A stretch of DNA of 64,000 nucleotides from Dicyema japonicum (lineage: Eukaryota; Animalia; Dicyemida), in assembly GCA_011109175.1 (NCBI GenBank), contig RDEW01000004.1:1078030-1142029 (forward strand), given 5' to 3'. How positions within the stretch are numbered: the stretch's first letter is position 1; each line of letters opens with the position of its first letter. This document shows, in pieces, positions 1 to 10,789 of this stretch. The position numbers were made by a program, and so were the translations under genes. The notes under the pieces are model-generated. The model had not been told where the DNA came from, did not search any database, and worked only from the letters and a program-made list of their open reading frames with translations.

Positions 1-329
1 TGGAATAAAGCGAAGAAAAAAAGCGGTCTACTCCATTATTCCAAAATAATTTACTTTCTACCACAGGATCCGAAGGAATCTACAAGTAAATAAAAGACAA
101 AACAGTTATTTTATTCGCCAACTCGGAAAATGCTGATAATTTAATTTTATTAAAAATAGTGTAAGTGTCTAAGTTTGACGTGAAAACTTCAGAAACATGG
201 CCTAAATAGATCGAACCTCCAGCAGTCGCAGCCTTCAAAGTACCCACGAGAATGCGCATTGAAAATTTGTTAAATTTAAAAATAACAATTCAAAATTAAT
301 TATTTTATTAAAAAATAATTATCCATCAC

Positions 330-400
330 AAAAAAGTGAATAGCATTCCTTGATTCTCCATCATCGATTAGTTATGATAACTGTTAAAATAAAGTGTTTT
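330..400 (+). repeat. Dispersed ~75-bp repeat (family C), probably the 3' UTR end of an R4/Dong-like element
   Basis: aaaaagtgaa(t/g)agcatt..ttctc..cgatt(a/t)gttat(g/a)ata(a/g)ctg..aaaataaagtgt recurs inverted at 10212-10290 and 37985-38065; it resembles the aataaagtgaagtgtt end of the TSD-flanked fragment at 38135-38432. Confidence 0.5.
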
Positions 401-479
401 ACATGAGAGTAGCGATAGCTGATTTGGCTCCTCGGAAAGTGATTGTTGCTGAAATTGCATATTAACGGAATAGAAAATA

Positions 480-590
480 GTAAGCAACTACTCTTTATGG
501 AAATTAGTCATGCATTCCGAGACTAACCGTGCGAGGAAGCAAGTTATGGACATGGGTATCACTTAATTAGACGACAACTCTTATTCGGAT
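480..590 (+). mobile_element. 3' end of an Ingi/Vingi-like LINE
   Basis: Ends atg ggt atc act taa (MGIT*) then ttag, the same C-terminus and tail start as the LINE at 19834-22739. Confidence 0.5.
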
Positions 591-599
591 TAAATGCGC

Positions 600-805
600 C
601 TCGTGGGTTCCATTCATCACCTGGACAAATTTCATGAAGATTAAAGCTAACCAGAAAATCATTTTCAGAGTGACGGAACGATGGAAAGAAATTGTCTTAG
701 TCAAATCATATTAAGTGGATTATATGGCAAAAAATGAGATTTACGCTGAGCGTGGAAGGATCACGTGATTTTATATTTGGTTTAACTGTGGTCTTTGGAA
801 TTTTT
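600..805 (+). mobile_element. 3' end of an Ingi/Vingi-like LINE
   Basis: agg atc acg tga (RIT*) followed by taactgtggtctttgg, homologous to 2927-2985. Confidence 0.5.
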
Positions 806-819
806 TAATTTCCATGTTC

Positions 820-1180
820 ACTGGTATCTACAACAAGTGTATGTGTTCTTACATCAGCAAGGATGTGATAGATGCCCAGTGGAGGCTATTTGAGCATGTA
901 CTAAGAATGAACCCACGTACCCGCTAACAAGGCGATATAAGATTACTTTGACAGATGCGACAAACCCTTCCGCGGAAGACCTAGATCGACACTTCCGACT
1001 GCCTCAAACAAAGATCTAAATCGTGTGAGAAAAAATCTAAATACGGGGGACGACCTGGGCGAATTGAGATCACTCGCATTCGACAAAGGAAGATGGAAAA
1101 GACTAACTATAAATATTGTTTCTTTGAGTGTTGCACATGCGGGGCATTATGGCTTTCGTGAGAGTACCATAATAATAATG
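820..1180 (+). mobile_element. 5'-truncated RTE-clade LINE fragment
   Basis: Degenerate WRLFEHVLRM..RGRPRSTLP..WKRLT C-terminus; 3' end gcacatgcgggg..tatggctttcgtga..taataataa matches the RTE at 3575-5835. Confidence 0.75.
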
Positions 1181-1209
1181 TTCAGAATAATGAATAGCTT
1201 GCTTATTGT

Positions 1210-1428
1210 TCATGAGAGATGGTAGCGCTTCAAAACCCCTGTTCCGAGGGCCTCAGACTAGGAATCGCACGCTCGCTTCCATCTCTAATTATGAGAGAAG
1301 TTCGAGATCTCTTTGCTTTCTGTTGACCACTACTACGCGACGTGAAAATGGGGGATCTCTGAAGACATGATTTCTCGATGTCTTCAGTTTCCAATTCCAC
1401 CGAGAATTTCCGAAAGCATAATAATAAG
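1210..1428 (+). repeat. Structured SINE-like or retroelement 3' segment with a (TAA)n tail
   Basis: Stems 1215-1227/1274-1286 (one mismatch) and a perfect 10-bp stem 1359-1368/1378-1387; ends cataataataa. Confidence 0.4.
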
Positions 1429-1955
1429 AAATTTGTAAAAGTTATTTTTATATCCTCAATAAGTATCCCATAATGATTTTTGTTGTCGTGATATTATCAT
1501 TCTGAGATTGTGGCCTAAAACTAAATTTGAGTCGGTACTTTTACTAAAATGGGGATTAAGAAGACTAATTTCTGAGGTAACCAGTGTAGAAGGGGTGAAA
1601 TAACTCAGGTTTTCTTCGAGTTTTCCGTAATTCAAAAGTAAATCATTCCAGTTTGTCAGAAAGGCAAGGTTACTTATCGTAGTCTGAATTATTTATACCA
1701 AAGAAATAATACTTTAGGGATGTTCCTGTAGTTTTATTATTCATAAAAATTTTGAGATACCGAATGACGGATTTAAGGATGATCGCTTTCAGAATCTTCC
1801 AAATCTCTAATAAAGACGATATATTGTTTAATATATTAGCCATACACGAATAGAGACTAACTAGTTTCCGGCATAGTGAGTTGATAGCCTCAATGGAGGA
1901 TCGATAATAATAATAAGTTAACAAAATCGTATAAAATATCAACGAGTGGGTGATC

Positions 1956-2720
1956 TTACGTAATCTTATTCTGAATAGCATCCTAACAAACGTAAAACAC
2001 AACAGAAACCACTTCCTCCTGCAATTTCTGAATATTATATTTGGCTTCTTCAATATCCTACAGTTTACTAGAATCACAAACCGGAGGGAGCTGAGTTAAT
2101 AAATCCAGCTTCCTCTTAGCCCTTTCCTGACTCTTTTTCGTCTCAGTCAAGGTCTCCTCCAATCTTGCCAGCGCAGACTCCTCAATCTCCTCAAAATTGG
2201 CGCCAAACTGTCTAAGCCGTTGTTGCATCTCCAACTAAAATAGTAAACCATCAGAACCTCCAACAAAATCGCCTTCGAAGTTAAGTCAGTTGTATTCTTT
2301 TCCAAAAATTGGAAATTCGATAAATTTGCTGAGTCTTTAATGGATGAGCAGTCATCTTTAAGAGATTTCAGCATTTCGAGGACAAATTTGTGTTCTATGC
2401 GCAATTTTATGTATTCCAGGTTCAAATCGGATATTGAAATCTTCATATTTATGGCAGCATTCTTATCGTTTATCATGCACGACTGAATACTGAAAATAAA
2501 GCCTCAAATCTGCCTTTTCAGACAATCAACTTGGTCAGTGTTATAGTGGGAAGCCAAAATACTAAGTGAATCGAGATAATCACGTGTTGTGGAGTCAATT
2601 TCATCATAAGAACAATTAATCTGTTTTAGTAAATGGGATGTTTCCCTAACTAGAGATAAATTAGTTTATGCTACCTTTATTTTCTAAATTTTCTTCAGAA
2701 TTGCCAATTTTTGAATACAT
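1956..2720 (-). CDS. HAUS1: HAUS augmin-like complex subunit 1-like coiled-coil protein, 5 tiny introns
   Basis: Spliced model MYSKIG..STTRDYLDSLSILAS..NFQFLEK..RKLDLLTQLPPDIEEAKYNIQKLQEEVDAIQNKIT* parallels the remembered HAUS1 C-terminal half (SRYLNAL, NMDFLKA, KKKLESYLDLMPN). Introns of 25, 24 (GC-AG, 2490-2513), 23, 24 (2058-2081) and 27 nt (1983-2009) restore one frame. Confidence 0.65.
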
Positions 2721-2829
2721 TTATTTAAACCCCACAAAGATTTAAATCAAACTCATTATTTTTATTAAAATGAAATTTAATTTTATAAAAATTTAAGAAA
2801 CTTTTGAATTAAAAACTCCACACATGCTG

Positions 2830-2995
2830 TTCCTAGCTTGAGCGTGCCGTCGTGACTGCGAAGATCCAGTCACTCGACCGGTCGAGGGAGAAGCATCTGG
2901 CCAAGATGAGGCCCCTCTAGAGTGTGCTGGGATCACGTGATTAGTTAGTTTGTGTAACTGTGGTCTCTGGTGTTATTATTATAATAAGCTTATAC
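2830..2995 (+). mobile_element. 3' end of an Ingi/Vingi-like LINE
   Basis: KHLAKMR..gct ggg atc acg tga (AGIT*), tgattagttag, partner strand gtggtctc, ttattattataataa tail. Confidence 0.6.
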
Positions 2996-3164
2996 CGTTG
3001 CTATTATGCGCGCGGGTTTCTGATGGATCGGATCTGAAGGTCATGCATGGGCACGAATACGAAAGATGGAGTTTACGGCGACGGTCACTTATTGTCAATA
3101 AGATCTCACCCGTGAAGCGATGAGTCCTTATGTCACTACACGGTATTTTAAAGGGATCTTCCTA

Positions 3165-3432
3165 CTTTCTGACCAAATCCTCTGGTGAAGATTACATAAT
3201 GAAAACTATTCCTCAGACGAATAAAGTTATGTCCGCGAAGGTAGGACGTGTGATGAAAATGGAGGAGGCAAACATACTTCTCAGCCTCTCAGAAAGGGAA
3301 GCCTGTAATGTCTATTGGAGGATGGATTTTGTAGGCACATGCAAATGTTCTCCCTTGGGTTCCTTCCTTGGATTAATTAGTTATGACTGTGCTGGGCTTA
3401 CCAAAGATTGTAAGCCTGGGGTTAATAATTAT
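3165..3432 (+). repeat. SINE-like/retroelement 3' repeat, family B, copy 1
   Basis: Collinear with 5925-6192; terminal stem gggcttac/gtaagcct, then ggggttaataa. Confidence 0.7.
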
Positions 3433-3574
3433 TATGGCCACTAGGAACAAATTCTCGTGGTTGTTGTCTAATCATTAGGGAGATTTTTATTTTGACTTTA
3501 TAAATACAAAATTTTGACCTTTTTAACTTTATGAAAAATTTATTAAAAAAACTAATATAAACTTTATTATTTAA

Positions 3575-5835
3575 GCACTTCACGAGAGCCATACTATTAT
3601 AGCCCCGCATGTGCAGCAAAAGAAACAAGGTTAGATGTCATCCTTTTCCATGCTCCCCTGTTCCTAGCCAAGGCTCTCATGTTGTCCAGGTCGTCGGCAT
3701 TTTTAGATTTTTTTGATATTGACAGGTCTTTTTGTATGACTATTGGCAGTGTTGTTCTAGGTTCTCCACGATAGCGGCTTTCTTGACTAACATAGTATGT
3801 TTCCATAGATATGTTCGGTGGGGATGTTAATTCCATCCTCAGCACGTGTCCGAAGAGCTTTCATCGGGATTCCAGTACTTCTAAGCTGATAGGTCTAGTG
3901 CTGCATCTCTTATATAAAGCATTCCTCGATATTCTCGTAGGCCAAGTAGTTCCTGTAATTTTTCTCAGCTGACCTTTGTGGAACGAGTCTAGTTTTTCCA
4001 TATCCGCTGATGAGGTCGCCCAAGTTTTAGCGTTATATAAAAGTACGATTTTATAAATGATTCGTATAATAGGATTCTCATTTTCGTGTTGATGCTCTTT
4101 GATTGAGTCATAAATTCTTCAGTTTATATAACACAGCATAGAGTTTTCCTACGTAAAATATCTCCGCTATCTCTCATAAGTGTACCGAGTGTCTTTACTT
4201 GTCTCCACTTCTCATCTAGGACGCTACTCATCCTTCTTATCTCTGTGAGTTCTGTTTTCTCTCTGTTCACAGTAAGAAATCATTTCCCTAGTACATCTGG
4301 TGCTTTTTCTAATAGGTGTTCCAGGACCTCTTTGTCTTCAGAAATTAGGTCTACATCGTCCGCGTAGATCACTTCTTCCGTCTATCCTTGGTATAACGGT
4401 CTAAGTTCCCTCGGCTAAAAAATTGTGAATAGTAGAGAAGAAAGGGAGTCTCCTTGTGGAGTGCCCGTGTTTGTTTCAAATTTTCTTGAATAAATCTTTC
4501 CGACTCTCACAAGGAGCTCAGTGTTGGAAAGTAGAATTCGGTCATCCTTAGACTCGACTCAAACCTAACTTGTTCCTGTTAATCTTGATAGGTCAATTCC
4601 CAGAATATTGGTGGCGTTACGGTATCTTTGATATGTTGCACACCTCCATCTGTGACTCCAGACCATCAGCTGTGGATCTTTCTTCTCGAAAACCACTTTG
4701 ACTATCTGGTAGGAATTTGTAAGCAAATCCTTTTATTTGTTCAAGCAAAATGTTTGCTAAGACTTTGCGTAATGAATTTAGTAGTATGATGGTCACAAAT
4801 TATTGAGCGGTCCTCTGGTTTTGTTGATTTTTTGTATGGGGATTAGTAGTCCCGTACCCAGAGGTAGAGTTGAGTTAGTTAAAAACATTTCATTTAGTAG
4901 TGTAGCGATTTTTTCAAAAAAGGAGGTCAGGGCCGTATTTTAGTAATTCTGGGTTTATCGCATCTGGTCTGGGGCTTCTGTTATTCTTGAGTTTTCGGCA
5001 GGCCGTTTTGATTTCCTCGGCCGTGATTGGTATCTCCAGGGGTCTTGGCCTTCCATCAAATGGGTGGATTTCTATGGTTTTGATGTTGAAAAGCTTCTCA
5101 AATGAGTCGCGATGACTTCAATTTGTTCTTCGGTGTTCAGTATCAGCTTACTGTTCTCGTCTTTTATGGTTAGTCAACTTCGGTTTGTTTGCCGCAGCAA
5201 ACGGTCAGCGACGTACACCTGTGCGTTGTCTTTCACTTTGTTTACCCCAACTATGCAGGAAGCTATTTCTTTCAGGAAAAGCTACTTGTTCAGACTCTTT
5301 ATTTTTCTTCTGACACGTTGCTTTCGCCCTGAAGGCTTTTTTTCGTATTGAAGTGTAAGTGGCATTTGATTTTCGCATGTTTATTTCTTTCAGAATTTTC
5401 GCAAGCTCAGGAACATCTGGATGAATAGCCTTCAGGTGCATTTTACTATTCTCCCTTTTGCAAAGACATGCTTCAGCAACTTCGTTGATGGTGTCCTTTG
5501 TGCGTTTCCAGGCGTCTTCTAACGAGGTGTCCACCAATACGTCCTGCATATGAGTCTGAATGTATTGTTGATATCTCTCAGTAGTCGCCGGTTGGAAATC
5601 AGCCTTTCAGTCGCGTAGTCGCTCTGATTTTTCAAATTCGTGATTTTTGCATTCTTGTATTTGATGGCATGTTTTTTCAGAGTGAAGGTCGCAATTACAA
5701 TCTTGTGGTCGCTGACAGTCGTCGAGCCTTCATATGGTGTTTTGTCTTTAGCCCGGCATATGACATAATCTATTTTGTTGTATATTGGGACCAGCTTTCC
5801 TTTTGAGTTCCTTCGCTTCCTCATCCACGTAGTTT
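3575..5835 (-). mobile_element. Decayed, 5'-truncated RTE-clade LINE (APE end + RT)
   Basis: NKIDYVIC..VSDHKIV (APE end), RT remnants (GTPQGDSL, YADDV), RTE C-terminus; flanked by a 17-bp TSD taaactttattatttaa (3558-3574, 5836-5852). Confidence 0.9.
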
Positions 5836-5852
5836 TAAACTTTATTATTTAA

Positions 5853-5920
5853 TTAATTTATTAACCCCGGATACACCAAGAAAGAAGTTAAAGTAAACAA
5901 CTGATTAAGTGTATCCAATT
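5853..5920 (-). repeat. 3' tail of SINE-like family A
   Basis: Reverse complement ggatacacttaatcagttgtttactttaacttctttcttggtgtatccggggttaataaat is nearly identical to the tails at 30080-30150 and 45365-45429. Confidence 0.85.
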
Positions 5921-5924
5921 CTCC

Positions 5925-6192
5925 CTGACCAAATCCTCTGATGAAGATTGCATTATGAAAACTATTCCGCTAAAGTATGAAGTGATGTCCGCGACGGTAG
6001 GACGTGGGACAAAATTGGAAAAGGGCGGACCTACTTCCCCACCTTTTTTTGGAAACGGAAACCTGTAATGAAGTATTGGAAGATGGATTTGGTCGGCACA
6101 AGCAGATGTTCTCCCTTAGGTTCCTTCCTTGGATTAGTTAGTTATGACTGTTTGTGCTGGGTTTACAATGGTAAGCCTGGGGTTAATAATAA
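5925..6192 (+). repeat. SINE-like/retroelement 3' repeat, family B, copy 2
   Basis: Collinear with 3165-3432; terminal stem gggtttac/gtaagcct, then ggggttaataataat. Confidence 0.7.
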
Positions 6193-7129
6193 TCCAATTA
6201 CGCCGCGTGGCGCCATGTGCGTGGCTAATAAATTGCTCCATAGTTCATTTAATATATTACTTCCAGCAATCTTTATATTAAATTCCATTTCCATCAAAAT
6301 TATATTTATTTTTTACTTCAATAATATTTTTACAATAATATTCAACAATTTCCCCTTCTGACCAGAATTATTTTGGAAAGAAAGCAAATTTCAATAAAAT
6401 TATCTATTTTTTATTCAAGAAATTTATTAGTGTATTCACATATATTTATATGGATTTCGTAGATCTAACCAACTTTTCCAAATCTATATAAATGCATTTA
6501 AAAACTCAAAAATAGCTTTGGTTAAGTTACCTTATTGCATAAATTTTCTACACTTTTACATAGAAGAAAGTAAAATGATATCCTATACCCTCAAACAAGT
6601 TTTGTAAAATTTACTGTTCAACTTATGCAAGGAAAATCATATCCGACTAAACATAGTGACCTCATTGTAGGTAGGCGGAATGAGAAAATCAGATATTTTT
6701 ACAGTAGCTCCTGTGAAATGCTAATAAAAATGATAAACCTGTAGTTTTAAATGTTTCTTAGACAAAAGATTAAATGAAAAGCTGTTGTTAGAAAATTCGT
6801 GAGTTGATAGAAAATTCACTTGTATATTTTATAATAACAATCTTAACATTTTCAATGACCTTCCTGATTTGAATGCGGCATAACAGTTGATGACTTTATT
6901 GACCTAAAAAATTAAATTTTGATTTTTGACAATACCCAAAATTTTTGACTTTTTTGACTTAATAGCTTTTGATGTATACAATATTTTTTGTTAAAAATCA
7001 ATTTTTTAAGTTTTAAATAATTTTAAATTACATAGGAATTTTTGATTTTATTAACAAAAATTGCCTATTTATTTACGACTTCTGCGTCAAAACGAACATT
7101 AACGGAAGTCCAATGTGAGAGAAGTGTTC

Positions 7130-7735
7130 ATTGGGGATACTCCAGTTCTGATCTCCAGTAAACAAGAGATTCTTGAAGACAACATATGACACACTAACGA
7201 CCTCTATATTATACAAAGGACTTGACCAAGGGACTCGGAAAAAGAATGTACTGAAGACAATTGTAAAAAAAGCCCCTTCCTGTCGGCTGCATATCCAGAC
7301 TGTACAACCAGGTTATTCGCCAAACAATCAAATATGCTTGCTTCACATGGAAGTTTGTAGTACCCTCTTCCAAATCCGACAAATTAAATTTAATTGTACA
7401 AAGAAATTCACTTTTGCTTCCTACACCATTAAATTCATCCCTTACTGCTCTTCTTTTAGAGGAATTCACAAGGATTCATGGCCGAGGTTTCCTACTTTTC
7501 TGCGAAGAACAGAGAAACTCATCGATTACTCAAGTGGAGGAACCACGATAGGTCCCAAAGAAGAACATTCAGATCAACTCCCTTTATAGTCATTCACAAA
7601 GGCCCTCACATTCTACAGTATGAACACTGGAAGACCAGGCAAAAATAGTCCAGGGATTATTGGAAGCTGGGATCACTTAATTAGTTATTTTTAATATCTT
7701 TCCTTGGTGATTTTGGGGTTCACAAGAAAATAATA
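7130..7735 (+). mobile_element. 5'-truncated Ingi/Vingi-like LINE
   Basis: NQVIRQTIKYACFTW post-RT motif; ends gct ggg atc act taa, partner strand gtgatttt, then ggggtt. Confidence 0.75.
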
Positions 7736-8639
7736 AGAGAGTCGTGGGAGCGCCCAGCACACTTGATGGCAATCGATCTCCTACATGCTTGTTAGGTAAA
7801 ATCTTTAGATTTTTCATAAAATCCGTGGACCATTCTGGGCAATAATAGGACCGAAAAGGAATTAATGTTGTTGAGGGAGTAATGTACGCTGTGACCTAGA
7901 AAGAAATTTTACGAAATCTCAAATTTCAAATCGTGTCCGATCCACAACTAAGAGTTTGGAGGATCATCTGTGAGAAACTTGACATGATTCTATGCATGTT
8001 ACTGATAATTATGAAGCTAAGAGTCTTCACTTTGAATCCAAAAAGTTATAGTTCCTTTAAGTAACCTTTTCCTCTCTAAATCAACACCAATCGCATTTAT
8101 AATTATTTTCTACAGAAAGGCAAAATTATAAGTTTTATTTTTTAATAATCGACGTCAACGTGGTCGATAAATTTTTTAACTTAAAAATTATTATGAAAAT
8201 TATTTTAATTTTATTGAATTAATGTTAATGTGGGAGAACCTATCTCCAAAAGGATCCCGTTTATCAGGGGTCCACAAGACTTAGTATTGAACCCAATACT
8301 GTTTGATATCTTCGCGAGTCTGACAAACAATGGAAATGTCTAAGAGTCTGTGGAATCTGAAAGGAAACCTAAATAATAAATGAACATCATTGAAAATAGG
8401 TGTTGCATAAGAGGGAATGGTCGAGAATGAATCATGGTGCCTACGTTAGAATGGTGACATGTTATTACTTAACATCTTTCTCGGTATCGGGGATAATAAT
8501 TATTATTTGACTTTACGAAGGCATCACTCAAAATAATTAGTCACAACAGATTACAACAATATACTCACATATCTCATGGGTCAATTACTTTTTCAATAAT
8601 ATACACATTCCAAGTCGTTCCTATCAGAATTTCTTAATA

Positions 8640-8880
8640 ACCTATAATATACGTGATTTCCCATGGTCTGAGTAGGACGGATCAAGTTCAGGAATCAGGT
8701 CTAAATTCGCCATTATGGAGACCCCTCCAATTAAGTAGAAAAGAAAGAAATTTTTGAGTACAGACGAAGGCGTCCCCTGAGTATGGTGGATCCAATAGGG
8801 CCTCAAGGAATTGAAGAAGGCAAAGAGCAGAAAGGAATCCATCAACTAAATGTGGAAATACAACCCATAACAAAACTCGA
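8640..8880 (-). mobile_element. Degenerate APE-endonuclease-like LINE fragment
   Basis: Frameshifted LIGG..NGEF resembles the APE GDxN motif; weak. Confidence 0.3.
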
Positions 8881-9363
8881 CGATATCACTAACTACGTTC
8901 CTCCTCTTAGAGTAGTTTACCACCAACTGATCCTTACCGCCTCTCCACAATGAATCTTATCGAATTTTAATATTTAATAAGAATTTATTTCGATTATTTG
9001 TAGCAACAGCCTGACTCTTCGTTCAGGAGAGCTATTGATTATTTAATAAACTAACACTTTAATTTTATAAATTAAAACAAATAAAAATATATTCCTATTT
9101 TATTGCTAAATTACTTGAGAATTTGAATGACTTACTGATTTTTATGATTGGAGGCTATTCGCCGAAATTAATTCAAAATTTGATTGACAAAAAATATTTT
9201 TAAATTTTGATTGTTATTTTCCTAATAAAATAATTTTAAATTAATTTTAAAATTATATAAATAATAAAAGTTATCAAAATATGTATTAAAAATCAATGTT
9301 CGTCATCTGACATTGCCAATCGTCATACGAATGTATAAAATCAAATTCAAATTTACATTAAAA

Positions 9364-9710
9364 ATGAATGTTACCTTATTCTTAGTCGTATTTTTTGCCG
9401 TTTCGTCCAAAAATTTAACGATTATCAGACAAATTACTCACAAGCCCGTCGTGGCTGTCGGTACAACGGAAAAACTGTACGATTGGTACATCAGACACTT
9501 TTCCATTAAATTGGCGACGGTCGAACGTAATACGGGTTTTTTATCGTCTACCAAAATTCCAATGAAGACAGAAATTCAAATCTTCATGTTATAGTTATGG
9601 GGACGATGATTTCATTCTTGCTCATTTTATTTACTTTTGGATGTCTGTTTTGTCATTGGATCTCCTATCGACGCAGAAAATACACTAAACGTGAAATTAA
9701 TGGACCGTGA
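9364..9710 (+). CDS. Small orphan type-I membrane protein
   Basis: Signal-like MNVTLFLVVFFAVSS; a 26-nt GT-AG intron (9546-9571) joins it to a hydrophobic VIVMGTMISFLLILFTFGCLFCHWI segment and basic tail SYRRRKYTKREINGP*. Confidence 0.5.
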
Positions 9711-10211
9711 ATGGACTGTGCGAATTTTTATATTATTTTTTAATAAAAATTTATGATTATCTGATAAGTATTCTAATTTGATCACTAAATTAGGACTATG
9801 ATTACTTGGGGTATCTGATGCCTTTTTTGTTCAGGAGTTTTGGTTTCTGATGTAAGTCACTTCAACAATACTAGAAGATGAAATACACAATTCAGTAATA
9901 TTACTAACGTTGACTGTAGGTTGTTCACACCATTACTTCTCTGCCTTCCTGAACTTATTGACTCACCTAACTCAGGAGACGACCAATTCCTTGCCGGAAT
10001 CAAAAAAAGATCTATCTCTTCTCTACTAACATGTGGAGTTCCTATTATGGCAAAAACTTAGAAACGATACGTCCCCTAAAAAGACATTTCCAGATGCATT
10101 ACAACCTCAACCCTTCCACCTATCATTCTATTTGATTAACTGATCTATGATTCCTATAAAAATACTGCACTTTACAAAAAATTATATTAGCTATAGCTCC
10201 TTCCACACCGG

Positions 10212-10290
10212 ACACACACTTTATTTTCAGTTATCATAACAAATCGATGAAGGAGAACCAATAAATGCTCTTCACTTATTTTTTATTATT
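10212..10290 (-). repeat. Family C repeat copy
   Basis: Reverse complement matches 330-400. Confidence 0.55.
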
Positions 10291-10319
10291 GTTGAGTGTG
10301 AGTACTTTTGTAGACGATT

Positions 10320-10443
10320 CGGTTCCGTAGTGAGATGTCACTGAAGATGGCGTCACCCGTCAAGCCAAAGCATCATATACGCGTGGGAATGCATAGTAGG
10401 GACTATTAGGCCTTTTGCCCGACTCTCGTTCCACTGGGCCACC
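10320..10443 (-). repeat. tRNA-headed SINE-like element (family D)
   Basis: A-box-like tggcccagtgg; shares gtcgggcaaa, ccacgc.t.ta.gatgct and gtgacgcc.tc.tcagtg blocks with 35470-35620. Confidence 0.55.
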
Positions 10444-10789
10444 TTACTAATCCATGATTAATGTGTATATTCCCAAAACTCATATTTAGGCATAAATATG
10501 CAGAATTATATGTTTACAAATCGGTTAGGTAATCTAGTGTGTTTATTATTTTATGAAATGTACTAAATATTTTATATAAACCAAATAACAGCAAAAAATT
10601 CTTGAGTTTTAAATAAAATACGATTATCTTAGAAAAATTTGAATATGCAATTTTCTTTTAAAAACGAATTTTATAAGGTCACTTGACTTAAATTAATATC
10701 CACATGCTAAGATTAGTGATGTTTCACTACTAAACATCCACCTGGGGGAGAACACTTTATTTTTAGTGAGAAAGGGGAACAATAGATTT

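Noticed and set aside
5938-5960. Hammerhead-like CTGATGA..GAAA in family B
   Set aside because: No stem II can form, and the other copy reads CTGGTGA.
5853-6192. MITE with TATTAACCCC terminal inverted repeats
   Set aside because: The ends are tails of two different retro-families (A on -, B on +), each found separately elsewhere.
3165-6192. Family B copies as LTRs around the RT element
   Set aside because: The internal element is a non-LTR RTE with its own TSD and opposite orientation; the copies are diverged and lack TG..CA ends.
6192-6240. HDV-like ribozyme in the family A head
   Set aside because: A GGCTAA J4/2-like motif is present, but there is no P1 5' strand and L3 is too short in both copies.
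10405-10422. U2/U5 snRNA-like ggccttttgcc
   Set aside because: No other snRNA landmarks; the segment belongs to family D on the opposite strand.
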